Origin: Azolla caroliniana | Taxonomy: Eukaryota > Plantae > Polypodiophyta | Length of the DNA stretch: 64,000 bases | Direction: 5' to 3' | Assembly (NCBI GenBank): GCA_043228905.1 | Contig: JBHGNT010000012.1 | Location: 1,612,001-1,676,000, forward strand | Shown here: positions 35,701-47,720 of the stretch, in pieces | How the letters are laid out: each line of letters opens with the position of its first letter | How positions within the stretch are numbered: position 1 is the first letter of the stretch | Made by a program: the position numbers and the translations under genes | Notes under the pieces: model-generated | The model's database searches: none | The model's input: the letters and a program-made list of their open reading frames with translations, nothing else | What the model was told of the DNA's origin: nothing

Positions 35701-38091
35701 GAAGCTGAAACCGGAACTGGTCAAGACCCCGAATTGGATTCGGATGAAGAACAAATTGTGGAGCCGGTTACCGAAGGCCAAAGACGGAGATATCCTCTCA
35801 GAGAGAGAAGGCCCCCCCGGAGATTTCCGGATGTAGAGCATGTGCTGCTGACCGATGAGGGGGAGCCGGAAAGCTTCGAAGAAGTGAAGGCCGACACCCA
35901 CAACCGAAAATGGTTAAGTGCCATGCAGGATGAGATGGATTCCCTACATGAGAACCATACATACGAATTGGTGGAGTTGCCGAAAGGAAAGCGGGCACTC
36001 CAAAACAAGTGGGTGTACAAGTTGAAACTGGGAGATGCCGGAAACCCCCCGAGATACAAAGCTAGGATCGTGGTGAAGGGGTTCCAACAGAATAAGGGCG
36101 TGGACTTCGACGAGATATTTGCCCCGGTAGTAAAGATGACCTCCATCCGGACGGTGCTGAGTATAGCGGCAAGCATGGACCTCGAGGTAGAGCAGCTAGA
36201 CGTGAAGACGACATTCCTTCACGGTGACCTCAAAGAGGAGATCTACATGCAACAACCGGAAGGATTTGTGGAGAAAGGGACGGAGCACCTGGTATGCCGG
36301 TTGAAGAAAAGCCTGTATGGACTGAAGCAGGCTACCCGACAATGGTACCGGAAGTTCGACTCCTTCATGACCGATCAAGGGTACCACAAGACGCAGGCCG
36401 ATCACTACGTGTTTGTGAAGAAGTTTGAAGGAGGCGACTTCCTGATACTCCTTCTGTACGTGGACAACATGTTGATCGTCGGACGGGACCAAGCCAAAAT
36501 ACGGATGCTGAAGAAGGCTCTCAACCGGACCTTCTCAATGAAAGACTTGGGTCCGGCAAGACAGATGTTGGGGATGCATATTATCCGGGACCGGTCAATG
36601 AAGCAATTGTGGCTGTCACAGGAGAAGTACGTGACAAAGGTGCTTCAGCGGTTCAACATGTCAGATGCGAAACCGATCGGATCGACACTTCCGGCAAACT
36701 GTAGGTTATCCGGTAAGCAAAGCCCAAAGACGAAAGCAGAGAAGGCGGATATGATGAAGGTTCCATATGCCTCTGCTGTCGGGAGCTTAATGTACGCAAT
36801 GGTGTGTACTCGACTGGATATTGGATACGCAGTCGGAGTGGTGAGCCGGTTCATGAGCAATCCTGGCAAGGAGCACTGGAATGCGGTCAAATGGATACTC
36901 CGGTACTTGAAGGGAACTTCGAATATGTGTCTCCGATTAAGCTCCGGTAAACCTCAACTTGACGGTTTTACCGATTCGGACATGTCGGTTGATGTGGATA
37001 CCAGCCGGTCTACATCCGGGTATGTAATGACATATGCAGGGGGAGCTGTTTCGTGGCAATCGAGGCTGCAGAAGACGGTTGCATTGTCAACCACGGAGGC
37101 GGAGTACATGGCGGCTGTGGAAGCCGGCAAGGAAATAATATGGATGAAGGACTTCATCGAAGGGCTCGGTATCCGGCAAGATGAATATCGGCTCTATTGC
37201 GACAGTTAAAGTGCCATCCACCTTGCTAAGAACGCAACTTACCATTCCAGGATGAAGCACATCCAGCGTAGGTATCACTAGATCCAGGAGCGAGTAGAAG
37301 ATCGAGAGTTCGCGCTGACGAAGATCCATACGAACAAGAACGGGTCAGATATGCTGACCAAAGTGCTAATACCAGACAAGTTGGATGCATGTCGGAAGCG
37401 GACCGGACTAGTAAGACATCCCATGCCGGAGTGAAGAGGGAGTTTGTTAGGAAACAGGTCCCTCCGGATGGGAAGTGAGAAGAACAGTGTCGATGAGCAA
37501 ACCGGATGTGGAGTACCCGACAACGGAAGAACCGGTGAGAACCGGATGAGGATTACCCGGAAATGGAAGACCCGGTGAGAACCGGATGACGAGTGCCCGG
37601 CAAGCGCCGGATGATGCAAGCCCGGTGAGGAGTGCTCACCGGATGAAGGGACATATTCGTAAATATGTTTCTGAGAGTCCATCGGGGCTATATTTGTAAA
37701 TAGCCGAAAAGTAATTTTAGTATAAATATGACTTAGGGCAAACTTAGTGTTGTTGTTGTCATTCTTGTTGGTGCAAGATTAGAGTGTGTAACCGTGTACT
37801 GAGAGAGTGAGAGAGAGGAAGAGGTCGTTACCTCTGTTGTAACCGCCGCCTGTGGCAAAGATAGCAAGCTCGAGGTTGTTGCTTCGGTGCTTTATTATTG
37901 TACATTCTGATATAGTGATAGTTTGCAATTTGTGGGCTGCCGTCGTTTTTCCCTAGTTTGGGTTTTCCACGTTAACATCCTGTGTACTCTTCTCTTCATT
38001 GTGTCGTGCATTCATTACCCGTTTTCTGTGTGTCTTATCCTAGGCTCGGTTGTGGCCGAGCGTTGTTCATCCGGAGCGTGTGTTCCTGTCA
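32713..38091 (+). mobile_element. Full-length Ty1/Copia LTR retrotransposon
   Basis: 5' LTR 32713-33357 and 3' LTR 37445-38091 (TG...CA). Perfect TSD GTTGG (32708-32712 and 38092-38096). PBS tggtatcagagc (tRNA-iMet) at 33361. PPT gagtgaagagggagtt before 37445. Confidence 0.98.
33388..37440 (+). pseudogene. Copia gag-pol polyprotein with premature stops
   Basis: Gag NYSVWKSKM, CFYCGKPGHFQKNC. Protease WVVDSGAS. GAG-pre-integrase LWHKRLCH. Integrase VHTDV, RADNGGEY, NGLAERMNRT. RT YKARIV, QLDVKT, SLYGLKQA, LYVDNM. RNase H TDSD, EAEY. In-frame stops at 33850, 37207 and 37279. Confidence 0.95.
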
Positions 38092-41060
38092 GTTGGATGG
38101 TTTGCACTACCATCATTTTTGTTTTCTTCACATTCATTGCTAGTCCACTACTATGGCAAAATTCTTCTAATAACCCAAGTAAATTTTGCATACTATCAAC
38201 ATCATATGAGAAGAGTACCACATCATCACCATATAGAAGCAATAAGATAACTTGTTGCATCAATTTGGGAGCATTCAATCCTTCTTCTCTTGTGGCCTTA
38301 TTTACCACTTCTTCTAATTTATCAATACATAAGCCAAAAAGTGTGGGTGATAGTGGACATCCTTTCTTGACCCTCATGTTACTTAAAAAGTGCTTTGAGG
38401 ATCCACTATCCATTTTTAGTTGGCATTTAACTTGTTCATATAGGTGTGCGACAGCAACTCGGTACTCTAATGGCAGGTCAATCTCTTCCATTCTATTCCA
38501 GAGCTCACTTCGTGGTACGATATCAAAAGCTTTCTTAAAATCAACAAAACAATAATAAAGTGTTTTTCCTTGTAGTCAACTCTCTTCCATGATTACTCTC
38601 AATGTGACCAAATGATCCACAGTGGAGCGTTTTGGTCTAAATCTTGCTTGCCCAAGTGCTCTTTTGCTTGTACTTTCAGCCCATGTGCTTAGCTTTTGCG
38701 CCATAATAGTGCTATATAATTTAGCAATAGTTGAGCTCTCCATTATTGTATGATAATTTGATACTTGATTCTTCTCTCCAGCTTTAAATATTGGTTTAAT
38801 CCAATTCATTAGCCACTCATTTGGAAATCCTTGTTTTATAGCTTGATCTATAATTGTCATTATCCAATGACGAGTATGTGGCATTGTCCATTTAAAAAGC
38901 TTACTTGAGATGTAGGTTGCACCCGCTGCTTTCCCACTCGCCATCTTCCTTATTCCCTTATTGACATCATCAATATCGATACATGTAGTGCATGGTGTTT
39001 CAATTTCCTCAACCATAGGAGCCACACCTTCATGCATATATAGCCTTTGTACATAGTCTAACATCTCTTCATTTGTAAAGTGGCCTTTCACATCTTCTTT
39101 CTTACCCTTGAGTTGTCCCCATGCTAATTTTGGTTTGACCTTAAACAAGTTTTTCTTTTTCATCTCTTGCATTTGGAAATATCTTCTTTTCTTTCTCCTC
39201 GCCACTTTCTTATAAAGGTTCCATGCAACAATCTTTTCATTTTCCCCCTCTATGGACTTAAACCATTTGAGATACATCTTACATTCATCGTCGAACCAAG
39301 AATTACATGGAAAACTACACGTCTTATGCCCACCCACATGCCTCTTAAAGTATTGATACCCAACCTTAAGGATGATATCCTTCAAATGTTGCCAATTTTC
39401 TTTAACATCGTTGCTTAGAGAAAAAATGAACAAATGGTTCTCCTCTTCATGTGCATACATCTTAGCTTTTTCGTAGCAAGGTCGGATGATACATCTTTTT
39501 TCGTCTTTCACTCCATGGCATCTATTTGTGAAATGTGGAATTGCAAGCTCTAGGTACAATGGTTTGTGGTCTGAGTCCGGAGATAGAGAACCAACTTCAA
39601 ACACATTCACCAATGATAGATCACATGCCATCATTAATGCGTAGTCAACCACACTTCCTCCACCCGAGGATGGTAAACATGTGAGCACATTTGTCAATGG
39701 GAATGCCTTTATGCCATTTAGGATAATCAAGTTTGTGCAATTTAACATATGTATCAAAAGTTTTCCATAATTAGACATGATACAATCCTTTGAGTCACGC
39801 AATAGACAATGTTCTACTACATTTTCTTCAAATGTCTCCACGTTTTGGAAATTTCCAACTCTTGCATTGAAGTCTCCCATAATTAAAAATTTACCAAGAT
39901 TCTCAAATGAAAGTATATTATGGCATAATTCTATAAAAGGATCATCACAATCTAATCCAAACCTACTATAGTAGTTTGATGAGATGAGAGGAATAGCTAA
40001 CTATCTATCTACTTTCTTTGCATGCACCACTCAGAGAGGAGTTCCTCATCTATCCTTACATACACACAGAGCGGAGAGAAGAGACATGCAAAGAAAGCAT
40101 GTAGAGACAGAGAGAGGAAATCCCATAGAGAGAGAGAGAAACACACACACACATATATGGTTTCTCTTTTTGATTTGCTGTCATTTTTGGAATTTCTTAG
40201 GTTCCCTCATTTTTTATGACTTCTCCGCTTCTTCTTTTTAGGTTTTCTCTAGTTTCTCTGTAATTGTTGCTTTCTTAGGGTTGTCTCAGGTTCCTCTATG
40301 ATGTCACTTCCTTTCCCTTTGTAGATTTAATCAACATCTCTGTTGATTTTTTTGGCTTCTATTTTTTAGGGTTTTCTGAAGCATCTCTCTCTCTCATTCT
40401 GTTGTCTTGTGTGTAAAATGTTTGTTTCTTAGGTTTCTTTGCATTTCGTCCCGTTTCATGGTTTGTCGGGATTTTCTATAGAATTCAAGCCTTTCAAGCT
40501 TTGTTTCTCTGTGACATGATCCTTTGTTTCAAGATGGAAAACGAATATCGTGTATCATACGCGAAAGTATACAAAAGTTTGCATACGTCTACCAGATTGG
40601 ACGTATGCGATATTAGGAACTATGGTTTAGAATGGGATCTTGCAGAATATAAGTGGAGGGGAGAACAAGATAAATCAATAGGTTTCTTCGAGTACTCAAC
40701 ACGATTGGGAAGAAAGTTATGCTTGCAACATGAGAAGTGAGCCAACAAATGGGCCCATGTACTTGTCGATTTGGTCTTCGTGGATAGAACCAGGAACATG
40801 ATATGGAACTCATTCCTACTTGAGAAGGTCAAAGTGTTTATCTGGTTAATCACCCATTGGGTTGTTCCAACTCGAGAGTGACTTGTGAAAAGGAGTGGCA
40901 TGAGTGATTGCAAGGCGTATGAAGTGAGTTTGGAGGACATCGCACACTATTTGTGGAGTTGCCCGCTTGCCCAAGAAGTTTGGATGAGGAGCTTAAGAAT
41001 CTTGGCTTAGTGCGAGGTTAATGTTCATGTGTCGAGTGCAACAACTATCTGGTTTGTTAT

Positions 41061-41692
41061 TGAAACAGTGCTCGGCCACAACCGAGGAATAGGATCAACA
41101 CTTGGAAAACAGGAAATACCGAATGCACGAGACAATAGAAAGAGAGAGTACACAGAATATTTTACGTGGAAAACCCTAAATGGGAAAAACCACGGGAGTT
41201 CTCAAACTCCAACGATCACTATGAACAGGGATGTACAATGGTGAAGCTACAAGGCAACAACCTTGTGCTCACTGTCTTCGCCACAGGCAGCGGCAATACA
41301 CAGAGGCAACGACCTCTTCGTCTCTCTCTCTCTCCCTCTCTCTCTGGCTGCTCTCTTCACTCCCTCTAAGTGAAAACAGAAAAATGAGCAACAACATAAA
41401 CTGTTTGCCCTAAGTCATATTTATACACGTATGACTTTCGGGCTATTTACAAATATAGCCTCAAGGGCCCTTAGCAAACATATTCACAAATATGTCCCCG
41501 CATCCGGATCTCTCTCCGGGTACATACGTCATCCGGCTCCGTAACCGGGGTCTTCAGCATCCGGCTCCGTAACCGGGTACTCTTCATCCGGCTTCATGCC
41601 GGGTACTCTTCATCATACGGTTCCGTAACAGCCTCCGGGCTTGCCGTCATTCATCTCCGGACATCCCATCCGGAGGGACCGAAATCCCAACA
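41061..41692 (-). mobile_element. Copia LTR, copy 1 (U5 end apparently truncated)
   Basis: Highly similar to the solo LTR at 9306-9898. The minus strand starts TGTTGGGATTTCGGTCCC. Confidence 0.9.
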
Positions 41693-42447
41693 CTTCCTTT
41701 CCCTTTGTAGATTTAATCAACATCTCTGTTGATTTTTTTGGCTTCTATTTTTTAGGGTTTTCTGAAGCATCTCTCTCTCTCATTCTGTTGTCTTGTGTGT
41801 AAAATGTTTGTTTCTTAGGTTTCTTTGCATTTCGTCCCGTTTCATGGTTTGTCGGGATTTTCTATAGAATTCAAGCCTTTCAAGCTTTGTTTCTCTGTGA
41901 CATGATCCTTTGTTTCAAGATGGAAAACGAATATCGTGTATCATACGCGAAAGTATACAAAAGTTTGCATACGTCTACCAGATTGGACGTATGCGAATAT
42001 TAGGAACTATGGTTTAGAATGGGATCTTGCAGAATATAAGTGGAGGGGAGAACAAGATAAATCAATAGGTTTCTTCGAGTACTCAACACGATTGGGAAGA
42101 AAGTTATGCTTGCAACATGAGAAGTGAGCCAACAAATGGGCCCATGTACTTGTCGATTTGGTCTTCGTGGATAGAACCAGGAACATGATATGGAACTCAT
42201 TCCTACTTGAGAAGGTCAAAGTGTTTATCTGGTTAATCACCCATTGGGTTGTTCCAACTCGAGAGTGACTTGTGAAAAGGAGTGGCATGAGTGATTGCAA
42301 GGCGTATGAAGTGAGTTTGGAGGACATCGCACACTATTTGTGGAGTTGCCCGCTTGCCCAAGAAGTTTGGATGAGGAGCTTAAGAATCTTGGCTTAGTGC
42401 GAGGTTAATGTTCATGTGTCGAGTGCAACAACTATCTGGTTTGTTAT

Positions 42448-43079
42448 TGAAACAGTGCTCGGCCACAACCGAGGAATAGGATCAACACTTGGAAAACAGG
42501 AAATACCGAATGCACGAGACAATAGAAAGAGAGAGTACACAGAATATTTTACGTGGAAAACCCTAAATGGGAAAAACCACGGGAGTTCTCAGACTCCAAC
42601 GATCACTATGAACAGGGATGTACAATGGTGAAGCTACAAGGCAACAACCTTGTGCTCACTGTCTTCGCCACAGGCGGCGGCAATACACAGAGGCAACGAC
42701 CTCTTCGTCTCTCTCTCTCTCCCTCTCTCTCTGGCTGCTCTCTTCACTCCCTCTAAGTGAAAACAGAAAAATGAGCAACAACATAAACTGTTTGCCCTAA
42801 GTCATATTTATACACGTATGACTTTCGGGCTATTTACAAATATAGCCTCAAGGGCCCTTAGCAAACATATTCACAAATATGTCCCCGCATCCGGATCTCT
42901 CTCCGGGTACATACGTCATCCGGCTCCGTAACCGGGGTCTTCAGCATCCGGCTCCGTAACCGGGTACTCTTCATCCGGCTTCATGCCGGGTACTCTTCAT
43001 CATACGGTTCCGTAACAGCCTCCGGGCTTGCCGTCATTCATCTCCGGACATCCCATCCGGAGGGACCGAAATCCCAACA
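42448..43079 (-). mobile_element. Copia LTR, copy 2
   Basis: Duplicate of 41061-41692. Confidence 0.9.
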
Positions 43080-43304
43080 CTTCCTTTCCCTTTGTAGATT
43101 TAATCAACATCTCTGTTGATTTTTTTGGCTTCTATTTTTTAGGGTTTTCTGAAGCATCTCTCTCTCTCATTCTGTTGTCTTGTGTGTAAAATGTTTGTTT
43201 CTTAGGTTTCTTTGCATTTCGTCCCGTTTCATGGTTTGTCGGGATTTTCTATAGAATTCAAGCCTTTCAAGCTTTGTTTCTCTGTGACATGATCCTTTGT
43301 TTCA

Positions 43305-44520
43305 AGATGGAAAACGAATATCGTGTATCATACGCGAAAGTATACAAAAGTTTGCATACGTCTACCAGATTGGACGTATGCGAATATTAGGAACTATGGT
43401 TTAGAATGGGATCTTGCAGAATATAAGTGGAGGGGAGAACAAGATAAATCAATAGGTTTCTTCGAGTACTCAACACGATTGGGAAGAAAGTTATGCTTGC
43501 AACATGAGAAGTGAGCCAACAAATGGGCCCATGTACTTGTCGATTTGGTCTTCGTGGATAGAACCAGGAACATGATATGGAACTCATTCCTACTTGAGAA
43601 GGTCAAAGTGTTTATCTGGTTAATCACCCATTGGGTTGTTCCAACTCGAGAGTGACTTGTGAAAAGGAGTGGCATGAGTGATTGCAAGGCGTATGAAGTG
43701 AGTTTGGAGGACATCGCACACTATTTGTGGAGTTGCCCGCTTGCCCAAGAAGTTTGGATGAGGAGCTTAAGAATCTTGGCTTAGTGCGAGGTTAATGTTC
43801 ATGTGTCGAGTGCAACAACTATCTGGTTTGTTATTGAATCAGCTGCGTGGTTCCATGCATGGAATGGAAGTAATCCTTTAAAGGTGGTGCATGGAATTGT
43901 ACAACCTTCAGCATAGGGGGGTTCATTCTACATACAAGAACGATGCGTGGACATTTGGTTATTAGTGGTTGGGGCCTGACCTTACAATTTAGCATGTATG
44001 AGTATCTAGATGCAAGGAGTCTTTCACTGGTAAGCGAACCCCACCAGCTGAGAGTTTAATGATGATCTGGTTTAATCTTATTTCTACGTCACAAAGAGAG
44101 TTTGAAAGCATTCAAGGGACTTCAAACGCGAATGAAGAAGCTAGAGGCCATTTCCTCTTGAAATGGAGAGGTTCTCCGAAGCTACAGATGGTGGATGGCA
44201 ATGCAAAGTGGATTTATCAGCCACCACGGTGGTTGTTCCCTCTGAGGGTACCAAACATCGTAAATAGGTGGGTGTTGCCACATGAGGAGATTGGAGGATG
44301 TCTATGTTGAATTAGGGTTGTATGAGGCTCACGTTGAGGGTATGCGGTTGAGTAATACTGTGCTCATCAAATGCATGTTGTTATAATCTAGATCCTCCAA
44401 GGGTAGGTTGCTCATCGTGTTCGTCCCTCTTGAGGCGGTGATTATTAGCTTATTTTTTTGTTGATTCCTTTGTACATGTTGGTCTCTTTGTAGCCATGCA
44501 AGTTGGTTTGTAAGATATGA
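43305..44520 (+). mobile_element. L1 LINE 3' fragment with a zf-RVT motif (its 5' part is triplicated within segment A)
   Basis: EKVKVFIWLI...SDCKAYEVSLEDIAHYLWSCPLAQEVWMRSL. LINE-like degenerate coding continues past 43838. Confidence 0.65.
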
Positions 44521-46964
44521 GTTGATGTATATTATCCTATGTACATTGACTTAACAAATGGTAGTAAATTTTTTTGGAAAAAAATAAATACAAAATAACA
44601 TGAAGTAGTCTATATTGTGGAATAATTCGTAGACTAATGCCCAAAAATTGAAAGCCCATGAAAACATGGAGCACCACCATATATTAAAAATTGTGGATGC
44701 ATGATCACATTGCCTCTTTGCATTTTTGTCATTTAGAACTACAAAACACAAAACACTTCGCCATGCCCTCATTATATTCCTTTTTTATGAAGCTCTGATA
44801 GAAGCCACCGACATACATACACTTTTCTAGAGAAATTCTACTTTGCATGACTGCACATAACTTATGTTGAACTCAAGACACATTTGTCGCTCTTCTAACT
44901 ATACATGTGTATGAATCGGACATGATAGAGGTATCAATCTTCGTTTCTCCTTGCCACATGGAAAGTGGGCCATAAACTTATCCGATCTCTAATTAGCTCG
45001 GCATACATTATATATGGACATCTTTACTTCTAAGGTTCCGTAAGGGGTATACAATGACTACAAAACACATTAATACACTAGCATACTAGCTTTGGCAACT
45101 AGGCATTATACAATTGTGCATATACTTAAGGTTTCATGGGATTTAACATCAACACTAAAACCTTATGAGCACCCTAGTGTACTAGCCATTGTCTGCCAAG
45201 CACTATACAATTATATACTTGAGATTATTGTGGTAAAGTGTATGCTCACTGTACAATCACAAAAACTCACCAAACTAGGGGAGGATAAGCTCGTTATCCC
45301 TAATCTAAGAAGGTGATCACCATCCACTTCAAGAGAGTAAGCAAACAAGCACATGTCTCACTCATTAACTTTTCATAGCAAAGCTTGGGCTTTTAAGTGT
45401 CAAGGCGAATAAGAGCAATTGAGAGCGGAATTGTCGATGTGATGGTTATCATATAATCACACGATAACTACACCAATCATATTTTTTATTTGAATAAGCC
45501 TTAAGGCAGTTATAGTTTTGTTGATTTTCATGCATGTTTTGTGTAGCATTTGTTAGTTATAGAGATATTGTTTTTCTCTTGTTTTATGCGTAACATCATC
45601 AACATTCATTGTCTTCTTTTGTTGCATGGACTACCATTTGTGATACCATATCTTGATGATACTACAATAATTATGGATACCAATTTGGAAAAACACGTGA
45701 TTGAACTCTAATTACCATGCCATGTTTATTGTTAGAACTTTGTGAATTAATTGTGTAATCTTCCATTGGTATTTATGGAATTTATTGCTGTGATGATATA
45801 TTTATTTTTCAAGTTTTTGTTACTAGGGTTAAGGGTTCATTATTGCAATCTTATTATTTGTAAATTATGTTATACCAAAATTTATATAAGTTACAAATGA
45901 ATTATTCCAATTTCCAATCATTCGTAGTTTTTCTTTTTTTCATTCATGAATTATTGAACAATTCTCTTGAAAATAAACGTGTTTGTTCTATGATTGGAGT
46001 CAATTAGGAGATAAAAAATTCTGATAGTTTCACATCCAACAAAATAAAAATGGAGAATATGAGAACCATTCACCAAGGTAATGAAGCATTCACCCTAATT
46101 GTGACTCATTGGGCATGATCAAGCAATGCATTTCAAAAATTGAGTACAAGCAAATGAAATTGCCCAATGTAAATATAGAGGGGGAAGAATAGGTGACATT
46201 CCCAAGCATTTTGAATTCTCCACACACCTTGCTAAACATTTTGTTCAAACAAAGAGAGATTCTTAGGGGTGACCAAGCACAAACAATTTAATTTCCTCGA
46301 CATTTACTACACACTTTATTGCAAGTTTCATTTCGATGGATGCATAGTGCCCTCAAGTTAAATAGCTTCGAGCGAATTATAATAAATGATATACTAGCTA
46401 GACTAAGTACGACAACAACGAAACAAAAAAGTTATGTCCATGTCAACCTTATACCCAAAAGCAAAAGATCTTAGAGATTCGTGCAACAAATGGCTAATAA
46501 TTTCATCAATTATCTCTCATCACACATGCTACTATAATATGAAATTATTGCTTGTACAAAGGATGAAAGCAACTTTCTTCAAAGTTGAGCTATACATCCC
46601 CAGAATCAATTAACACTTACCTCGAATGGAACTGCATTGAAGCCTAATGTTAATTAATAACGAGGCTCAACTTAGATGCATGTATAACTGCACTTAGGAA
46701 TCTATACAACAAAAAGCTATCATGAAAATTACATTGATACATCAAGCTATTGGGCATCAAATGTTCTACTCAAAGCAACACAAGTCGGAACATGTCATGA
46801 GCAATTAGAGATGAAAAACACAAACCTCAAAGGAAAAACCTACCAAGTATGTTTATCGTGGAAAGCCCATAAGTTGGTTGCATGTGATTAATTGTTAGTT
46901 ATGTTGGGGAAGCACAAGACAATACCACTCTTCCACACGAAAGCTAACAAATCTTTTCCCCACT

Positions 46965-47624
46965 TGTAATCAAAATAGAAGATAGTAATCAAAACCAAAA
47001 CTAATCTTGACAGCAATTCAGCAAGAAACTCCACACTTGAACACTAACAAGATCAAAGAGACACGAGATTTATGTGGAAAACCCCGATGTGGGGAAAAAC
47101 CACAGGACCGTTCACAACGGCACCAAAATTCCACTAATAAACAATAATCCAGTAGGTACAACAGGTTTTCATCTCTAGTTCAAAACTAGAGGCTTTACAA
47201 TCTTCAAGGTAAGACCTTGGATCAACAAATCTCTACAAATCATCACATATAGTGGTAAATTTCACAAATTCATAAAATCTGATCAGAGTAAAATCTATAA
47301 AGATAGAGAGATCAAAAACAATAATCCAACTGTTGGATTTGAAGAAGATAGTATCATGAACAAATCATTAAACTTTGGCCACGATCGGAGGTCGTTTGGT
47401 CATCGATCGAGGCAAGAATAGTAGCTGGCTACTCTACATCTATCTTCTATCCCTCTCTCTCTTTCCTTTCTTGCTGCATGTTCTTTTTAGTGTATATTCT
47501 CAAAAAACAGAAATAGTAATAATAAGGGTTATGTTTCTTAAAAAACCCCTTATTACCCCTAAGAAAAAACCTATAAGTAGAAACTTTATTTGAGCCCTTT
47601 TCATACTAATTTGGACCCATTACA
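46965..47624 (-). mobile_element. Copia-type solo-LTR-like sequence just downstream of the VIH stop codon
   Basis: Terminal inverted hexamer tgtaat/attaca. The U5 motif gtggtttttcccc...ggggttttccacata is on the minus strand at ~47070-47105, as in the other Copia LTRs here. No TSD seen. Confidence 0.55.
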
Positions 47625-47720
47625 ACATACACATCCACATACTAATGTGGCTTAAAAAAACATAGACCCAATGAAATATTTGGACCTCTTCCTCCATGTA
47701 GGAGGGAAGAACCCAACAAG

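Larger units (their letters stand above)
31527..40300 (-). mobile_element. RTE/RTEX-like LINE, split by a Copia insertion, with an (AATTCT)4 3' tail
   Basis: APE: MGDFNARVG, SVVDYAL, DSDHKPL. RT: SWFDDEC, VDFKKAFDIVPR, KGCPLSPTLFGL, LYGDDVVL, FKYLGI, VLLYGVEVWG. C-terminal HKLGIE...CKVC...EDECHLLFTC. The frame resumes across the Copia TSD. Tail at 31527-31550. The 5' end is approximate. Confidence 0.85.
40307..43838. repeat. Near-identical tandem amplification with a 1386/1387-bp period (A-LTR-A-LTR-A)
   Basis: Segment A (cttcctttccc...gttattgaa) starts at 40307, 41693 and 43080. LTR copies are at 41061-41692 and 42448-43079. Only three differences between units were noticed by eye. Confidence 0.97.

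Noticed and set aside
33935-37682. Numerous overlapping and antisense ORFs in the Copia
   Set aside because: They are by-products of GC-rich gag-pol coding with no independent motifs.
40501-43714. Triplicated small ORFs (63-106 aa) as a tandem gene cluster
   Set aside because: They are chance or antisense frames over a decayed LINE fragment and an LTR, identical only because the DNA is duplicated.
44520-46900. Possible decayed DNA-transposon coding sequence
   Set aside because: AT-rich, with no motif, TIR or TSD that I could support.
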